A DNA stretch of 64,000 nt from Arcobacter sp. (GCA_002685075.1 NYWO01000159.1:107-64106); one strand, 5' to 3'. Positions 20,048 to 30,097 are shown, counted from the stretch's first letter. Notes: generated from the sequence alone by a model not told the origin. Numbers and translations are program-made.

Positions 20048-20788
20048 TTAAGCCCTCCTAATTTGATCAATAGCTTGTGGTCTATTCCATTTTAGACCTT
20101 TAATTTTAAGTTTTAAACTCTGCCAGATTGTTCTTGTAACTACCCAAAATGTAAGTAGGGTGTGTCTTAAAAATAGTGATACTATATTTACTTCATTAAA
20201 AACTAGACTTTGTCCTGTAAAAGTTGAAGTTAATACTTTTTTATCATCTTCAAAAAGATTTATTCCAATTGAAAAATCTTTATTTGAATATGTTAAATTA
20301 AACTTATACTCTCCATCTCTTTTGAAAAATGGCGAAACATACATATCTTTTAATATCTCACCTTTATAGTGCTTATTGTCCTTTGTTTCTAACTTAACAG
20401 GATAAATAACTCTACCTCCATTATAGTTGTGAACTTCTGCTATCATATTTGTTGGTTTATCATTTTCAAAAAGTATTAAAATACTAATTGGGTTAAACAC
20501 ATAACCGATAATTCTTGGAAGTGTTACAAATCTCATTTTTTGTGTTGGTTTTAAATCATATTTTTCTAATAAAGTTTTTATATTTTCTTTAAAGTCTGTA
20601 CTCTTTCCAAAATGGTCTTTTGTATTAAAAGAAAATAGATTAAAACTATTTTGTGAAAAGTACTTATTATCAAGTTTATCAAGTTTAGATATATCAATAT
20701 CAATCATAAAAAATTTATATTTAAAATTGTGTGTTTTAGGACTATATCTTTTATGATAAATAGTCCCTTCAAAAAATTTATGACTCAT
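20048..20788 (-). CDS. DUF1365 protein (UfaO-like)
   Basis: HKRYSP..H.F.Y, LPRIIGYVFNPIS and K..YVSPF motifs. Confidence 0.88.
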   Translation of the reverse strand: MSHKFFEGTIYHKRYSPKTHNFKYKFFMIDIDISKLDKLDNKYFSQNSFNLFSFNTKDHFGKSTDFKENIKTLLEKYDLKPTQKMRFVTLPRIIGYVFNPISILILFENDKPTNMIAEVHNYNGGRVIYPVKLETKDNKHYKGEILKDMYVSPFFKRDGEYKFNLTYSNKDFSIGINLFEDDKKVLTSTFTGQSLVFNEVNIVSLFLRHTLLTFWVVTRTIWQSLKLKIKGLKWNRPQAIDQIRRA

Positions 20789-22038
20789 AATTCACATCCG
20801 AATTCTTGTGCAATAGTATTTGCACTATATAAACCATCTTCATGAAAACCATATCTCCAATAAGCTCCTGCAAAGTATGTATTGTTTTTTCCGTTTATAA
20901 GACTTCTTTTACTTTGAGCTTCAATTGATTTTGCATCAAATTGTGGGTGTTCGTAAGATATGTTTTCTATTACTTCATCTAATTGTTCTGTTTCATTTAA
21001 AGAAACAAAGTACTCTTTTTTACTTTTTAGATTTTGTAAACGATTAATCCAGTATGATAATGTCACATTTTCATCTTTGCCATTTGTTTTATAGTTCCAT
21101 GCTGCATAAACTTTTTTGTCTGGATATAAAGCTTTTTTGTCATTATGTAAAACTGCTTTGTTTTCTTTATATTCAAAAGCAGATAAAACTCTAAGTTCAT
21201 CAACAGTTGGTTCATCTATTAAGTTTAAAGCATCAGGTGCGTGCATTGCAAAAATCACCTTGTCATAAACAGTCTCTGTATTGTCTGAGTGTATTAAAAT
21301 AACTTTATCATCTTCTCTTTCAACACTTATAACATCAGAATTTTTAAAGATTTTTCCAGATATTTTTTTTGATATCTTTTCAACATAATTAATAGATCCA
21401 CCGCTAACTGTAAGCCATTGATGATGAGTATCAACTCCTAATAATCCATGGTTTTTAAAAAAATGTAAAAAAGTACGTGCTGGAAAATCACTCATTTTAT
21501 CACTAGGTGTTGACCAAATAGACGAACCCATAGGAATAATGTATCTTTCTTTAAAATATTGCGAATAATCTTTTAAATACTCACCTAAAGATAAGTCTAA
21601 GTCGCTACTATTATTTTCTAAATCTTCATTTGCTTTTTTGTTAAATTTCAGTACATCTAAAATCATTTTATTATGTGAATAAGAAAAGATATTTTTCTTT
21701 TGAAAGTACATACCTTTTAATGATTCACCATTGTAAGCTAAATTGCTTTTTTGATCCCAAAATGCAAAACTCATATCACTATTTTCTATTTTTACGTCTA
21801 ACTCTTTAAATAGCTTAGTAAGTAGTGGGTAAGTAGGGTGATTAAATACTAAAAAACCAGTATCAACACCAAATGTTTTACCATCTTCTTCAACCTTAGA
21901 AGTTCTTGCATGACCGCCTAATCTGTTATCTTTTTCATAAAGGTCAACTTCATGCTTTTTACTTAATAAGTATGCAGAACCAAGTCCGCTTATTCCAGCA
22001 CCTAAGACTGCAATTTTATATTTTTTTTCTTTGCTCAT
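20785..22038 (-). CDS. FAD-dependent oxidoreductase, COG2907-type (UfaD-like)
   Basis: GAGISGL, RLGGHA, VDTGFLVFN and GAYWRYGFHEDG motifs. Confidence 0.88.
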   Translation of the reverse strand: MSKEKKYKIAVLGAGISGLGSAYLLSKKHEVDLYEKDNRLGGHARTSKVEEDGKTFGVDTGFLVFNHPTYPLLTKLFKELDVKIENSDMSFAFWDQKSNLAYNGESLKGMYFQKKNIFSYSHNKMILDVLKFNKKANEDLENNSSDLDLSLGEYLKDYSQYFKERYIIPMGSSIWSTPSDKMSDFPARTFLHFFKNHGLLGVDTHHQWLTVSGGSINYVEKISKKISGKIFKNSDVISVEREDDKVILIHSDNTETVYDKVIFAMHAPDALNLIDEPTVDELRVLSAFEYKENKAVLHNDKKALYPDKKVYAAWNYKTNGKDENVTLSYWINRLQNLKSKKEYFVSLNETEQLDEVIENISYEHPQFDAKSIEAQSKRSLINGKNNTYFAGAYWRYGFHEDGLYSANTIAQEFGCEL

Positions 22039-22574
22039 TTGTATTTTCCTTGCGAATCTTGTGGAGTAAATATCAATCTTTTAGTATCCATGTATTGTGA
22101 TAAAAAAGAAACTAGGTTTTCTAGTTTCTCTTTTTTCATAAAGGGTGTTCTGTTTAAAATCCATACATTATTCATATTTTTATCAACTACTACGGCACTG
22201 GAGTAATCTTTAGTTAAATATACGACTCTATAGTTTTTAGTAAATATCCAGAAGTAAGTCATTTGTATTTGTGCCATCGTATTTTGGTATAAAGGTTTTG
22301 CTGTTCCATTAAATTCGATTAAATCTCTACCTATTTCAGTGTCAAAACATCTGTTTTTAACTTCATAATTTAAATCATCTGTTAATACATATTCAACAGT
22401 TGCTGCTACACAATCTTTTTCAAAAGAGTTGTATGTACGAGCTATTTCATACCATAAACCACTAAACTTTTTTGCTGATACATAATCAACAGGATTTGGT
22501 GCCTCTTTGTATTGTGTAGGAGTTTGAGAAAAGAGAAATGAAAAAGAAATAATATATATAATAAGTGTCTTCAT
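22035..22574 (-). CDS. Lipocalin (Blc-like)
   Basis: FSGLWYEIAR and WILNR motifs. Confidence 0.85.
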   Translation of the reverse strand: MKTLIIYIISFSFLFSQTPTQYKEAPNPVDYVSAKKFSGLWYEIARTYNSFEKDCVAATVEYVLTDDLNYEVKNRCFDTEIGRDLIEFNGTAKPLYQNTMAQIQMTYFWIFTKNYRVVYLTKDYSSAVVVDKNMNNVWILNRTPFMKKEKLENLVSFLSQYMDTKRLIFTPQDSQGKYK

Positions 22575-22616
22575 CTCAAACTCCTTGTAAAAAGATTATA
22601 TGATTATATTAAGAGT

Positions 22617-22640
22617 TTTCGTAGGAATAAAATGTTTGTT
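22617..22640 (-). promoter_or_regulatory. Shared promoter motif, copy 2
   Basis: Minus strand aacaaaca-ttttattc-ctac-g-aaa, followed by TATAAT. Confidence 0.5.
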
Positions 22641-22647
22641 AATAAGA

Positions 22648-23916
22648 TTATTCTTTTATATCAGAGTATTTTTTGATAAAAAATACGGCAAATAATTTTA
22701 AGACTACAGGAAAAAATCCATAAAGAAATGAAAGAACAAGAAGTGAATTAGACGTAGGAGTAGAAGCTTTAAAATCAAAGAAACCAAGAATTATAAAACT
22801 TAAAGCTACGGCAAATGCAAGTGATAGCTTTGTAATCATAGTCCAAATACCAAATAGTAAACCAGAAATATTACTCTCATAGTTTTTACTTCTTTGCACT
22901 AAGTCACCTTGAATAGAAGTAGGAATTGCCATATCAGCTCCAAGTGATAATCCAGATATTAAACTTATGATTATAAAAGCGTTTAAATCTCCACTTTGTA
23001 AAAAAGGTACAAAAGCAAAAGCAGATGATGCTAAAACAATTGAAGTAATCCAAGTGTTTTTTTTACCAATTTTACTTGATAAAAAGTTCCAAAAAGGAAG
23101 AGCTATGATTCCAGAAAAAAAATATAGAATTAAAACCATTCCACCAGAGCTTTTTTCTTGAATAACTAATTCAATAAAAAGTAAAAATAAAGTTGCAGGA
23201 ATTGCATTTGCAAGGTTATTGAAAAAGTACCCAATTTGAAGATATTTTAAATCACTTATATTTGTATAAATATTTTTAAGGTTTTTTAAACTATATTTTT
23301 CTACTTTTATATTTGTTTTGATATTAACTTTTTTTAAAGTTATAAAAAATAGAGGAATAAACAGAATTAAAAATGAAAGATATAGCACTTGTAGGGTTTG
23401 CTCGTAATTTTGTGAAACTTTAAAAATATAAGGAATAAGTAAAGCTATTAAAATACCAATAATAGTAAAAAGTTCTCTTGAACTATTTAAAAGAGTTTTA
23501 TCTTCATACTTACTACTTATTTCACTACTCCAAGTTAAATATGGAATATTTATCATACTCCAACCAATATATACCAAAATAGAAAAAATCAAAAGCCAAA
23601 GTTTAGCAAAGTCAAGATATGGATTTATTAGAGCAAAAAAACTACAAATTAGTATAAAAGAACCTAGAATCATTATAGGTTTTCTACTATTAAAGTATTC
23701 AATACTTTTATCGCTTAAATAGCCAAAATATGGATCTGTAAAAACATCAGTTAGTCTTGCAAGAAAAATTATCAAACCTACACTAGCTATTTCAACGCCA
23801 ATAATTGTTGCATAATAAGTTGGCAAATAAATATATAAAGGAAGACCTACAATTGCTAAAGGAATAGCAAGAAGGCTGTAATATACCAAAGATTTTTTAG
23901 AAATTTTTGTTTGCAT
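22648..23916 (-). CDS. MFS transporter (GPH/MelB-like)
   Basis: About 12 TMs; DVFTDPYFGYLSD motif. Confidence 0.85.
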   Translation of the reverse strand: MQTKISKKSLVYYSLLAIPLAIVGLPLYIYLPTYYATIIGVEIASVGLIIFLARLTDVFTDPYFGYLSDKSIEYFNSRKPIMILGSFILICSFFALINPYLDFAKLWLLIFSILVYIGWSMINIPYLTWSSEISSKYEDKTLLNSSRELFTIIGILIALLIPYIFKVSQNYEQTLQVLYLSFLILFIPLFFITLKKVNIKTNIKVEKYSLKNLKNIYTNISDLKYLQIGYFFNNLANAIPATLFLLFIELVIQEKSSGGMVLILYFFSGIIALPFWNFLSSKIGKKNTWITSIVLASSAFAFVPFLQSGDLNAFIIISLISGLSLGADMAIPTSIQGDLVQRSKNYESNISGLLFGIWTMITKLSLAFAVALSFIILGFFDFKASTPTSNSLLVLSFLYGFFPVVLKLFAVFFIKKYSDIKE

Positions 23917-23918
23917 AA

Positions 23919-24356
23919 CTAACTATTTATTTTACTTTTTATAAATTTTATAAAGAAAGAAAGAATAGGCATTTTTTCATATAAATTACTAGAAGAATCC
24001 CAATAGTCTATATGAGATATTGCCTTATTGTTTTCATCAAATTCAACTCTACTAACACCTTCAAAAGATTCTTCTTTTTTACTATTTTTAAACGAAAAGA
24101 AGAAGTCCCATTTTAAGTAAGCAATATTGTTTTGTTCAATTATTTCTTTAACTTTAAATCTTGGATTATCAAGTTTTATATACATGTCTTCAAAAATTTT
24201 ATATAGTTTTTCAAGACCTTCAATATCATGAAAGGGGTCTTTAAATTGTACATTTTTATCAAATATTTCTGCATACTGTTTTAAAGAAGTCTCTTTGTTT
24301 ATTTCTTCAAAAAATCTTGCATAAACTCTTGCATTTGTATTGTTTAATTCACTCAT
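23919..24356 (-). CDS. SnoaL/NTF2-like protein
   Basis: FKDPFH...G and HIDYWD motifs. Confidence 0.82.
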   Translation of the reverse strand: MSELNNTNARVYARFFEEINKETSLKQYAEIFDKNVQFKDPFHDIEGLEKLYKIFEDMYIKLDNPRFKVKEIIEQNNIAYLKWDFFFSFKNSKKEESFEGVSRVEFDENNKAISHIDYWDSSSNLYEKMPILSFFIKFIKSKINS

Positions 24357-25129
24357 GGCATCATCTTTTTTGTAAGTGCTAAAGAGATTTTGTAAGGAAG
24401 TATTTTTAGTAAAGATAAAAATGCTCTAAGGCCAAAAGGAAATCTAATCTCAAAAGATGATGAGTTTTCAATCCCTTCAAATATTTTTTCTGCTGTTTCT
24501 TTAGCTTCCATAAGTTGTGGCATCTCAAATTGATTTTTTGCGGTTAATCTTGTCTTTACAAAGCCGTGATTTATTATTTGTAAGTTTATATTTGAAATTT
24601 TCAATTCTGGTTGAATTGATTCTGCTAGATTAACTAAAGCAGCTTTAGGTGCAGAATATCCACCACCATTAGGAAGTCCAAAGTAGGAAGAAAGACTACA
24701 ATTCCATGCCCATTTCATATTTTTAACACTTGTATTCTCAAGGTTTTTAAAGCAAGGTAAAATTTCACTCATTATTCTAATAACTCCTAAATAATTCGTT
24801 TCATTCATTTGTTCAAATTTTTCAATATCCCAAGAATCAATACTCATAATATTATAAGTAGCTGCATTGTAAAACCAAATATCTATACCCTCGTAGGTAT
24901 TCCAAGCTATTTGTACTTTTTGTTTTATATCTTCTTTTGAACTTACATCTAAATCTAATAAACTTAATTCTTCTTTGTATTGCTGTTTTAGTTCAAGTAA
25001 GTCTTCACTTGTTGAAGCACTTCTAGAACTTGTAATTACAAGATAGTTACTGTTTAGGCATAGCTTTACAAATTCTAGGCCAATTCCCAAACTTCCACCA
25101 ACAATCCAAATTCTTTTTTTAGCTTGCAT
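24353..25129 (-). CDS. SDR family oxidoreductase
   Basis: GGSLGIG, YSAPKAAL and GFVKTRLT motifs. Confidence 0.88.
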   Translation of the reverse strand: MQAKKRIWIVGGSLGIGLEFVKLCLNSNYLVITSSRSASTSEDLLELKQQYKEELSLLDLDVSSKEDIKQKVQIAWNTYEGIDIWFYNAATYNIMSIDSWDIEKFEQMNETNYLGVIRIMSEILPCFKNLENTSVKNMKWAWNCSLSSYFGLPNGGGYSAPKAALVNLAESIQPELKISNINLQIINHGFVKTRLTAKNQFEMPQLMEAKETAEKIFEGIENSSSFEIRFPFGLRAFLSLLKILPYKISLALTKKMMP

Positions 25130-25171
25130 ATTGAAGCCTTTTTTATTTATATTATAGAGTACTTACATACT

Positions 25172-25195
25172 TTTAGTAGACATATGGTGTTAGTT
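25172..25195 (-). promoter_or_regulatory. Shared promoter motif, copy 3
   Basis: Minus strand aactaaca-ccatatgt-ctac-t-aaa. Confidence 0.5.
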
Positions 25196-25222
25196 TATAT
25201 GTTTTATAAGAAGAAATTTTTT

Positions 25223-25246
25223 AATTAACATTTTTATTATACAAAT
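25223..25246 (+). promoter_or_regulatory. Shared promoter motif, copy 4
   Basis: aattaaca-tttttatt-atac-a-aat; TATAAT at 25263. Confidence 0.45.
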
Positions 25247-25304
25247 AATGGTTTAAAGTGTATATAATAACAAATATAAGCAACTTACTTCAAAGGAGTA
25301 AATT

Positions 25305-26159
25305 ATGAAAACTTTAGCAATAACAGGTTCAAGGGGATTTGTTGGAATGAATTTAAAGATTTTCTTTGGAAATAAAGGTTTCAATGTAATTGGAATCAAA
25401 AGAGAAGAATTAAAAGATGATGAAAAATTATTAGCTATTATTGAAAAATCAGATATCGTAGTAAATCTAGCTGGTGCTAATATCATTAGCAGATGGACAG
25501 ATAAATACAAAAAAACTCTTTATAATAGTAGATTAGATACGACAAAAGCATTAGTAAATGCAATGAATAAAGCAGAAAAAAAACCAGAACTTTTTATCTC
25601 AACTTCAGCCGTTGGAATATATAAAAATACAACTTGTTATGATGAAGAGTATCATGAATACGAAGATGATTTTTTAGCAAATCTTTGTAAAGATTGGGAA
25701 AGTGAAGCTTCAAAAGCAAAAGAATTTGGAGTAAGAACTGCAATCTTTAGATTTGGCATTGTTCTAGGAAATGGAGGAGCTTTAGGAAAAATGTTAACTC
25801 CTTTCAAATTAGGGCTTGGCGGAACTATTGGCTATGGCTTACAAAGCTTTTCTTATATACATTTAGATGATTTATTAAATGCATATAATTTTGTATATGA
25901 GAACAAAGACTTAGATGGGGTATTTAATTTAACTGCACCAAATCCTACAACTAACTATGAGTTTACAAAAGCTTTAGGAAAAAGTTTAAATAGACCTACT
26001 TTTTTACCTATTCCTGAATTTGTGTTAAATATGATATTTAGTGAAGGGGCTAAAGTTCTTACTGATGGTCAATGTGTAAAACCTAAAAAATTAATAGATA
26101 GTGGTTTCGAATTTGAATTTGAAGATATAAAATCTTGTGTTGATGACTTAGTAGGTTAA
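25305..26159 (+). CDS. TIGR01777 family epimerase-like protein (YfcH-like)
   Basis: TGSRGFVG, VNLAGANI..RW and FKLGLGG motifs. Confidence 0.9.
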   Translation: MKTLAITGSRGFVGMNLKIFFGNKGFNVIGIKREELKDDEKLLAIIEKSDIVVNLAGANIISRWTDKYKKTLYNSRLDTTKALVNAMNKAEKKPELFISTSAVGIYKNTTCYDEEYHEYEDDFLANLCKDWESEASKAKEFGVRTAIFRFGIVLGNGGALGKMLTPFKLGLGGTIGYGLQSFSYIHLDDLLNAYNFVYENKDLDGVFNLTAPNPTTNYEFTKALGKSLNRPTFLPIPEFVLNMIFSEGAKVLTDGQCVKPKKLIDSGFEFEFEDIKSCVDDLVG

Positions 26160-26168
26160 AGGAAAAAG

Positions 26169-26624
26169 ATGAATACTTTTGAAAAAGTTTCTACAATTAA
26201 TTGTAGTTTAGAAGATCTATTTGATTTTCATTTAGATATTAAGAATTTAGAAAATATTACTCCTCCTGATACAAAAGTTAAGTTATTAAATAAAGACTTT
26301 ATTCCCCATGAAGGTGGAGTTTTAAAAATAAGAACAGTAAAGAATTTCATTCCTATAACTTGGGAAGTAGAGATTGCAAAAATTGAAAAACCTAATCTTT
26401 TAGTCGATATTGCACATAAGTCACCTTTTAAGTATTGGAAACATTATCATATATTTACTCAAAAGGGAAATATCTGTGAGTTAAAAGATGTTGTAGAGTA
26501 TGAACTACCTTTGGGAGCACTTGGGCAATTGTTTAATTTCTTTATTCAAAGTGAACTTAAAAAAATGTTTGATTTTAGACATAAAGTTACAAAAGAAATA
26601 CTAAATTATAAAGCTGGGAGATAA
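26169..26624 (+). CDS. SRPBCC family protein
   Basis: FDFH....NL..ITPP and SPFKYWKHYH motifs. Confidence 0.85.
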   Translation: MNTFEKVSTINCSLEDLFDFHLDIKNLENITPPDTKVKLLNKDFIPHEGGVLKIRTVKNFIPITWEVEIAKIEKPNLLVDIAHKSPFKYWKHYHIFTQKGNICELKDVVEYELPLGALGQLFNFFIQSELKKMFDFRHKVTKEILNYKAGR

Positions 26625-26627
26625 GGT

Positions 26628-27140
26628 ATGTTAAAAATAATTATAGGTATTTTTCTAACATTTTTATTTGTTGGATGTGGTTCTAAAAATCCATATTTAG
26701 AAACTGTTGATAAAGTAGATATCCAAAAATATAAAGGAACTTGGTATGAAATTGCAAGGTTTGAACATTTTTTTGAAAAAGGATGTAAAAATGTAACTGC
26801 AACTTATGAATTAAAAGATAATGGAAAAATCAAAGTAATTAATAAATGTACAAATATTGATGATGGAGAGAAAAAAGAGGCTGAAGGTGAAGCCTATGCT
26901 CTTGATGAAACAAATTCAAAATTAAAAGTAAGTTTTTTTAAACCTTTTTATGGTGATTATTGGATAATTGATTTAGATGATGCTTACAATTATGCGCTAG
27001 TTGGGAGTCCAAATAGAGAGTATTTGTGGATTTTAAGTAGAACAAAAACAATAAGCGAAGAAGTTAAAAATAGTATTTTAAACAAGCTTCCAAATCATAA
27101 ATTTGATAAAAGCAAATTTATTTGGACTATTCAAGAATAA
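26628..27140 (+). CDS. blc: Outer-membrane lipocalin lipoprotein (Blc-like)
   Basis: Lipobox FVGC; GTWYEIAR and YLWILSR motifs. Confidence 0.85.
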   Translation: MLKIIIGIFLTFLFVGCGSKNPYLETVDKVDIQKYKGTWYEIARFEHFFEKGCKNVTATYELKDNGKIKVINKCTNIDDGEKKEAEGEAYALDETNSKLKVSFFKPFYGDYWIIDLDDAYNYALVGSPNREYLWILSRTKTISEEVKNSILNKLPNHKFDKSKFIWTIQE

Positions 27141-27150
27141 AAGGATAACT

Positions 27151-27513
27151 ATGCAAACAAATATTTTAGGAACAAATTTAGAAATTTGTTGTACGAGTCC
27201 AATGACAGGTTTTTATCGAGATGGGGTTTGTAGAACTTCACAAGAAGATACAAGTATGCATACAGTTTGTGCAATTCTTACAAATAAATTTTTAGAGTTT
27301 TCAAAAGCACAAGGAAATGATTTAACAACTCCTGTTCCACAATACGGCTTTCCTGGACTGAAAGAAGGTAATAAGTGGTGTTTGTGAGAATTAAGATGGA
27401 AAGAAGCCTATGAAGCTGGTTGTGCACCTAAAATAATTGCAGAAGCAACTTCAAATGCAACAACAAAAGTAATAAAAAAAGAAATATTACTAGAGTATGT
27501 TTTTAGTGCATAA
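27151..27513 (+). CDS. DUF2237 family protein with in-frame TGA (selenocysteine or nonsense mutation)
   Basis: PMTGFYRDG.C, GNDLTTP.P...FPGLK.G.KWCL-TGA-ELRWKEAYEAG.AP; full frame gives 120 aa. Confidence 0.75.
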
Positions 27514-28216
27514 TAGCATCATGCCATTGAACTAAAGATACTCTATATCCTTTTTTTACTTCTAAAACTTCATGTGTAAAGTAGGGGTTACTGTAAAATA
27601 TAATCATATCCCCAGCTTTAGGCTTAATTTGTATCACTTCGCCATCTTTATTATATAAATAATTAAAAACAAGTTCTCCACCACTAAAATTGTTTTTAGT
27701 GATAATATCACTGTGATTAGTAGTAAATAATACAGATGTGATTTTTCGATCTAGTGCAACAGGGAGGAAACCAATAACTTCATCATCTTTAAGTAGCACA
27801 CTTGAATCATCACTATGTTGTTTGTAAAACGAACCTTCTGTATACTCTAAGGCTTGAATTTCTGTTGATGTTGTAATATTTAGATTAAAAAATTTTTCTA
27901 TATCTTCTTTATGTTTAAAAAAACTTTCATTATATATATTTTCTTGAGTAGGGCTTAATTTATGAATATTTGTTTTTCTTATTTTAGTATTTTTGCCTGT
28001 TTGAATTTGTATTGCTTCATATTTTCTGATTTCTGCTTCACATGCGTCTTGATTTAATCTCATTGATGAAGTTATCTCTTCACATATTTTTGAAGATAGA
28101 AAGTTTTCAATAAGCATAAATGGAAGATCATAATAAGGGTTTGGTAATTTCCCTGTTTTTATATCCAATTTCATAAGAAATTCTTTACAAAATATTTGGT
28201 TACTTATTTGTATCAT
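27503..28216 (-). CDS. 2OG-Fe(II) oxygenase (prolyl-hydroxylase-like)
   Basis: Y..G.FY..HSD, FSGGEL and HEV..V..G.R motifs. Confidence 0.85.
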   Translation of the reverse strand: MIQISNQIFCKEFLMKLDIKTGKLPNPYYDLPFMLIENFLSSKICEEITSSMRLNQDACEAEIRKYEAIQIQTGKNTKIRKTNIHKLSPTQENIYNESFFKHKEDIEKFFNLNITTSTEIQALEYTEGSFYKQHSDDSSVLLKDDEVIGFLPVALDRKITSVLFTTNHSDIITKNNFSGGELVFNYLYNKDGEVIQIKPKAGDMIIFYSNPYFTHEVLEVKKGYRVSLVQWHDAIMH

Positions 28217-28501
28217 TTTAATTTACTCCATTAAAATAGGGCATGAATTTATTGTCATAGTTATTAATTTATAATATATTATGTGTTCATGGAAAGAAGC
28301 CTAACATTTAATTAGTAGCTAATAATTTAATGTAGATCTAGGCTATCAATAGGTTGTTTTTAAGCTTTTGAAAGATTTCAAAAGCGATATTATAATACAG
28401 ATCAAGTAGTATAAATATTGAAAGGATTGTATCTGAATTTTTAATAAATAGTGTAATATTATGAGGATTAAAATAAAAATAGAATTAAAAGAATGAAAAA
28501 A

Positions 28502-29629
28502 CTAAATAGTTTTCCCATCTTCAAGTTTGATTTGGTTTCTACCGTTTTCTTTTGCTTCAAATAAAAGCATATCAGCTTTTTGAAGAGCTGCGTCATATGA
28601 CTCGTGATCAGATCTTACTGCAACACCTGCTGAGAATGTTACTTTTATTTCATGTTCTTTATATCTAAAATTATTAGCATTAACTATTGTTTTAATTCTT
28701 TTTAAATATTGAAGTAATTCTCTATTTAAATTAAAATGAACAATTGCTACAAACTCTTCTCCACCATATCTTCCAACAATATCATGGTCTCTAGTATTTT
28801 TTCCTAATATTTTAGCAAAGGTAGATAAAATCACATCTCCACATTCATGTCCATATGTATCATTTACTTTTTTGAAGAAGTCTAAGTCAAAAAATACTAC
28901 TGCATATTGAGTATTATGTCTTTTATAAGAACTTTCGATTTTTTTTATCTCATCATTATAAGCTCTTCTTGTAAGTAATCCTGTTAAATCATCTTTCATA
29001 CTTTCATTTTTTGTTTTAGTTAATTCTTTTTCTAGGGAGTTTATTTTTTCTTCTAATTCTTGAACTTTTGTTTTTCCAGTCTGTAAAGTATTACTAACTG
29101 TGCTCATTTCTAGTTCTATTGAAGAAGCAGCATTAATAAGTTCTGTTTGTAAATTAGTTAATTGAAGTAAATTATCACTTGATAAATCAATTGATTGGAT
29201 TTTCTCTTTAATATTTAATACATTTTTAGAACCAGATCCACTGCTTGAAATAGCATCATTTAAGTATTGACCCATTAAAGCAACAAATTTTGAGATATCA
29301 GAAGTTCTTTGTATAACAACTTTTTTATCTCTTTCAAATCTTTGTTCAATAAATCTTTTTATTTTTTCTTGAATTTCTTTATCAAATAATAAATTCTTAT
29401 CTTCATCAATACTTTGAAATACTTGTTCAATTTCATCATCAGTTTTTAAACAAATAGATGGTAAAACAGATTGTTTAAGAATAGCTGCTAATTCTTCTAC
29501 ATTATCTTTAGATACTCTTTTTAAAAGTAAAGGAATAATACCAATAGCTGTTTCAATTTTATTTTTTGTTATTTCATTTTTCTCAAATACTGTTAGTCTT
29601 GAAAATACTTCTTCAAATTCTTTACTCAT
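28502..29629 (-). CDS. Diguanylate cyclase
   Basis: DDLTGLL, DLDFFKKVNDTYGH, RDHD I-site and GGEEF. Confidence 0.93.
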   Translation of the reverse strand: MSKEFEEVFSRLTVFEKNEITKNKIETAIGIIPLLLKRVSKDNVEELAAILKQSVLPSICLKTDDEIEQVFQSIDEDKNLLFDKEIQEKIKRFIEQRFERDKKVVIQRTSDISKFVALMGQYLNDAISSSGSGSKNVLNIKEKIQSIDLSSDNLLQLTNLQTELINAASSIELEMSTVSNTLQTGKTKVQELEEKINSLEKELTKTKNESMKDDLTGLLTRRAYNDEIKKIESSYKRHNTQYAVVFFDLDFFKKVNDTYGHECGDVILSTFAKILGKNTRDHDIVGRYGGEEFVAIVHFNLNRELLQYLKRIKTIVNANNFRYKEHEIKVTFSAGVAVRSDHESYDAALQKADMLLFEAKENGRNQIKLEDGKTI

Positions 29630-29653
29630 AATTAATCCTAAAAAATGTTCTTA

Positions 29654-30097
29654 TTAAGCCAAAAGTTTTTTAACCATTTCATTTATTCTTTTTCCGTCAG
29701 CAATACCAGCAAATTTTTTACTTGCAGTTCCCATTACTTTACCCATATCTTTCATAGATTCAGCATTTACTTGTGCAATAATTTCTTTCATTCCTGCTTC
29801 TAATTCTTCATCAGTAGCTTGAACTGGTAAATAAAGTCTAAATACTTCAATTTGTTCAGCTTCTTTATCTACTAAATCATCTCTTGAAGCAGCTTTATAT
29901 TGTGAAATAGCTTCTTCTCTTTGTTTTATACCTTTTTGAATAAGTTTTATAATATCTTCATCTTGTAATTCAATTCTTTCATCAACTTCAATTTGTTTAA
30001 TCATAGTATTTATTGATCTAATTGAATCTCTTTTTACTATGTTCTTTTCTCTCATAGCTGTTTTAACATCATCTTTTAGTTGTTGTTTTAAAGTCAT
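29654..30097 (-). CDS. GatB/YqeY domain protein
   Basis: KQREEAISQY..A.R.DL, YLP.Q and DMGKVMG motifs. Confidence 0.92.
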   Translation of the reverse strand: MTLKQQLKDDVKTAMREKNIVKRDSIRSINTMIKQIEVDERIELQDEDIIKLIQKGIKQREEAISQYKAASRDDLVDKEAEQIEVFRLYLPVQATDEELEAGMKEIIAQVNAESMKDMGKVMGTASKKFAGIADGKRINEMVKKLLA

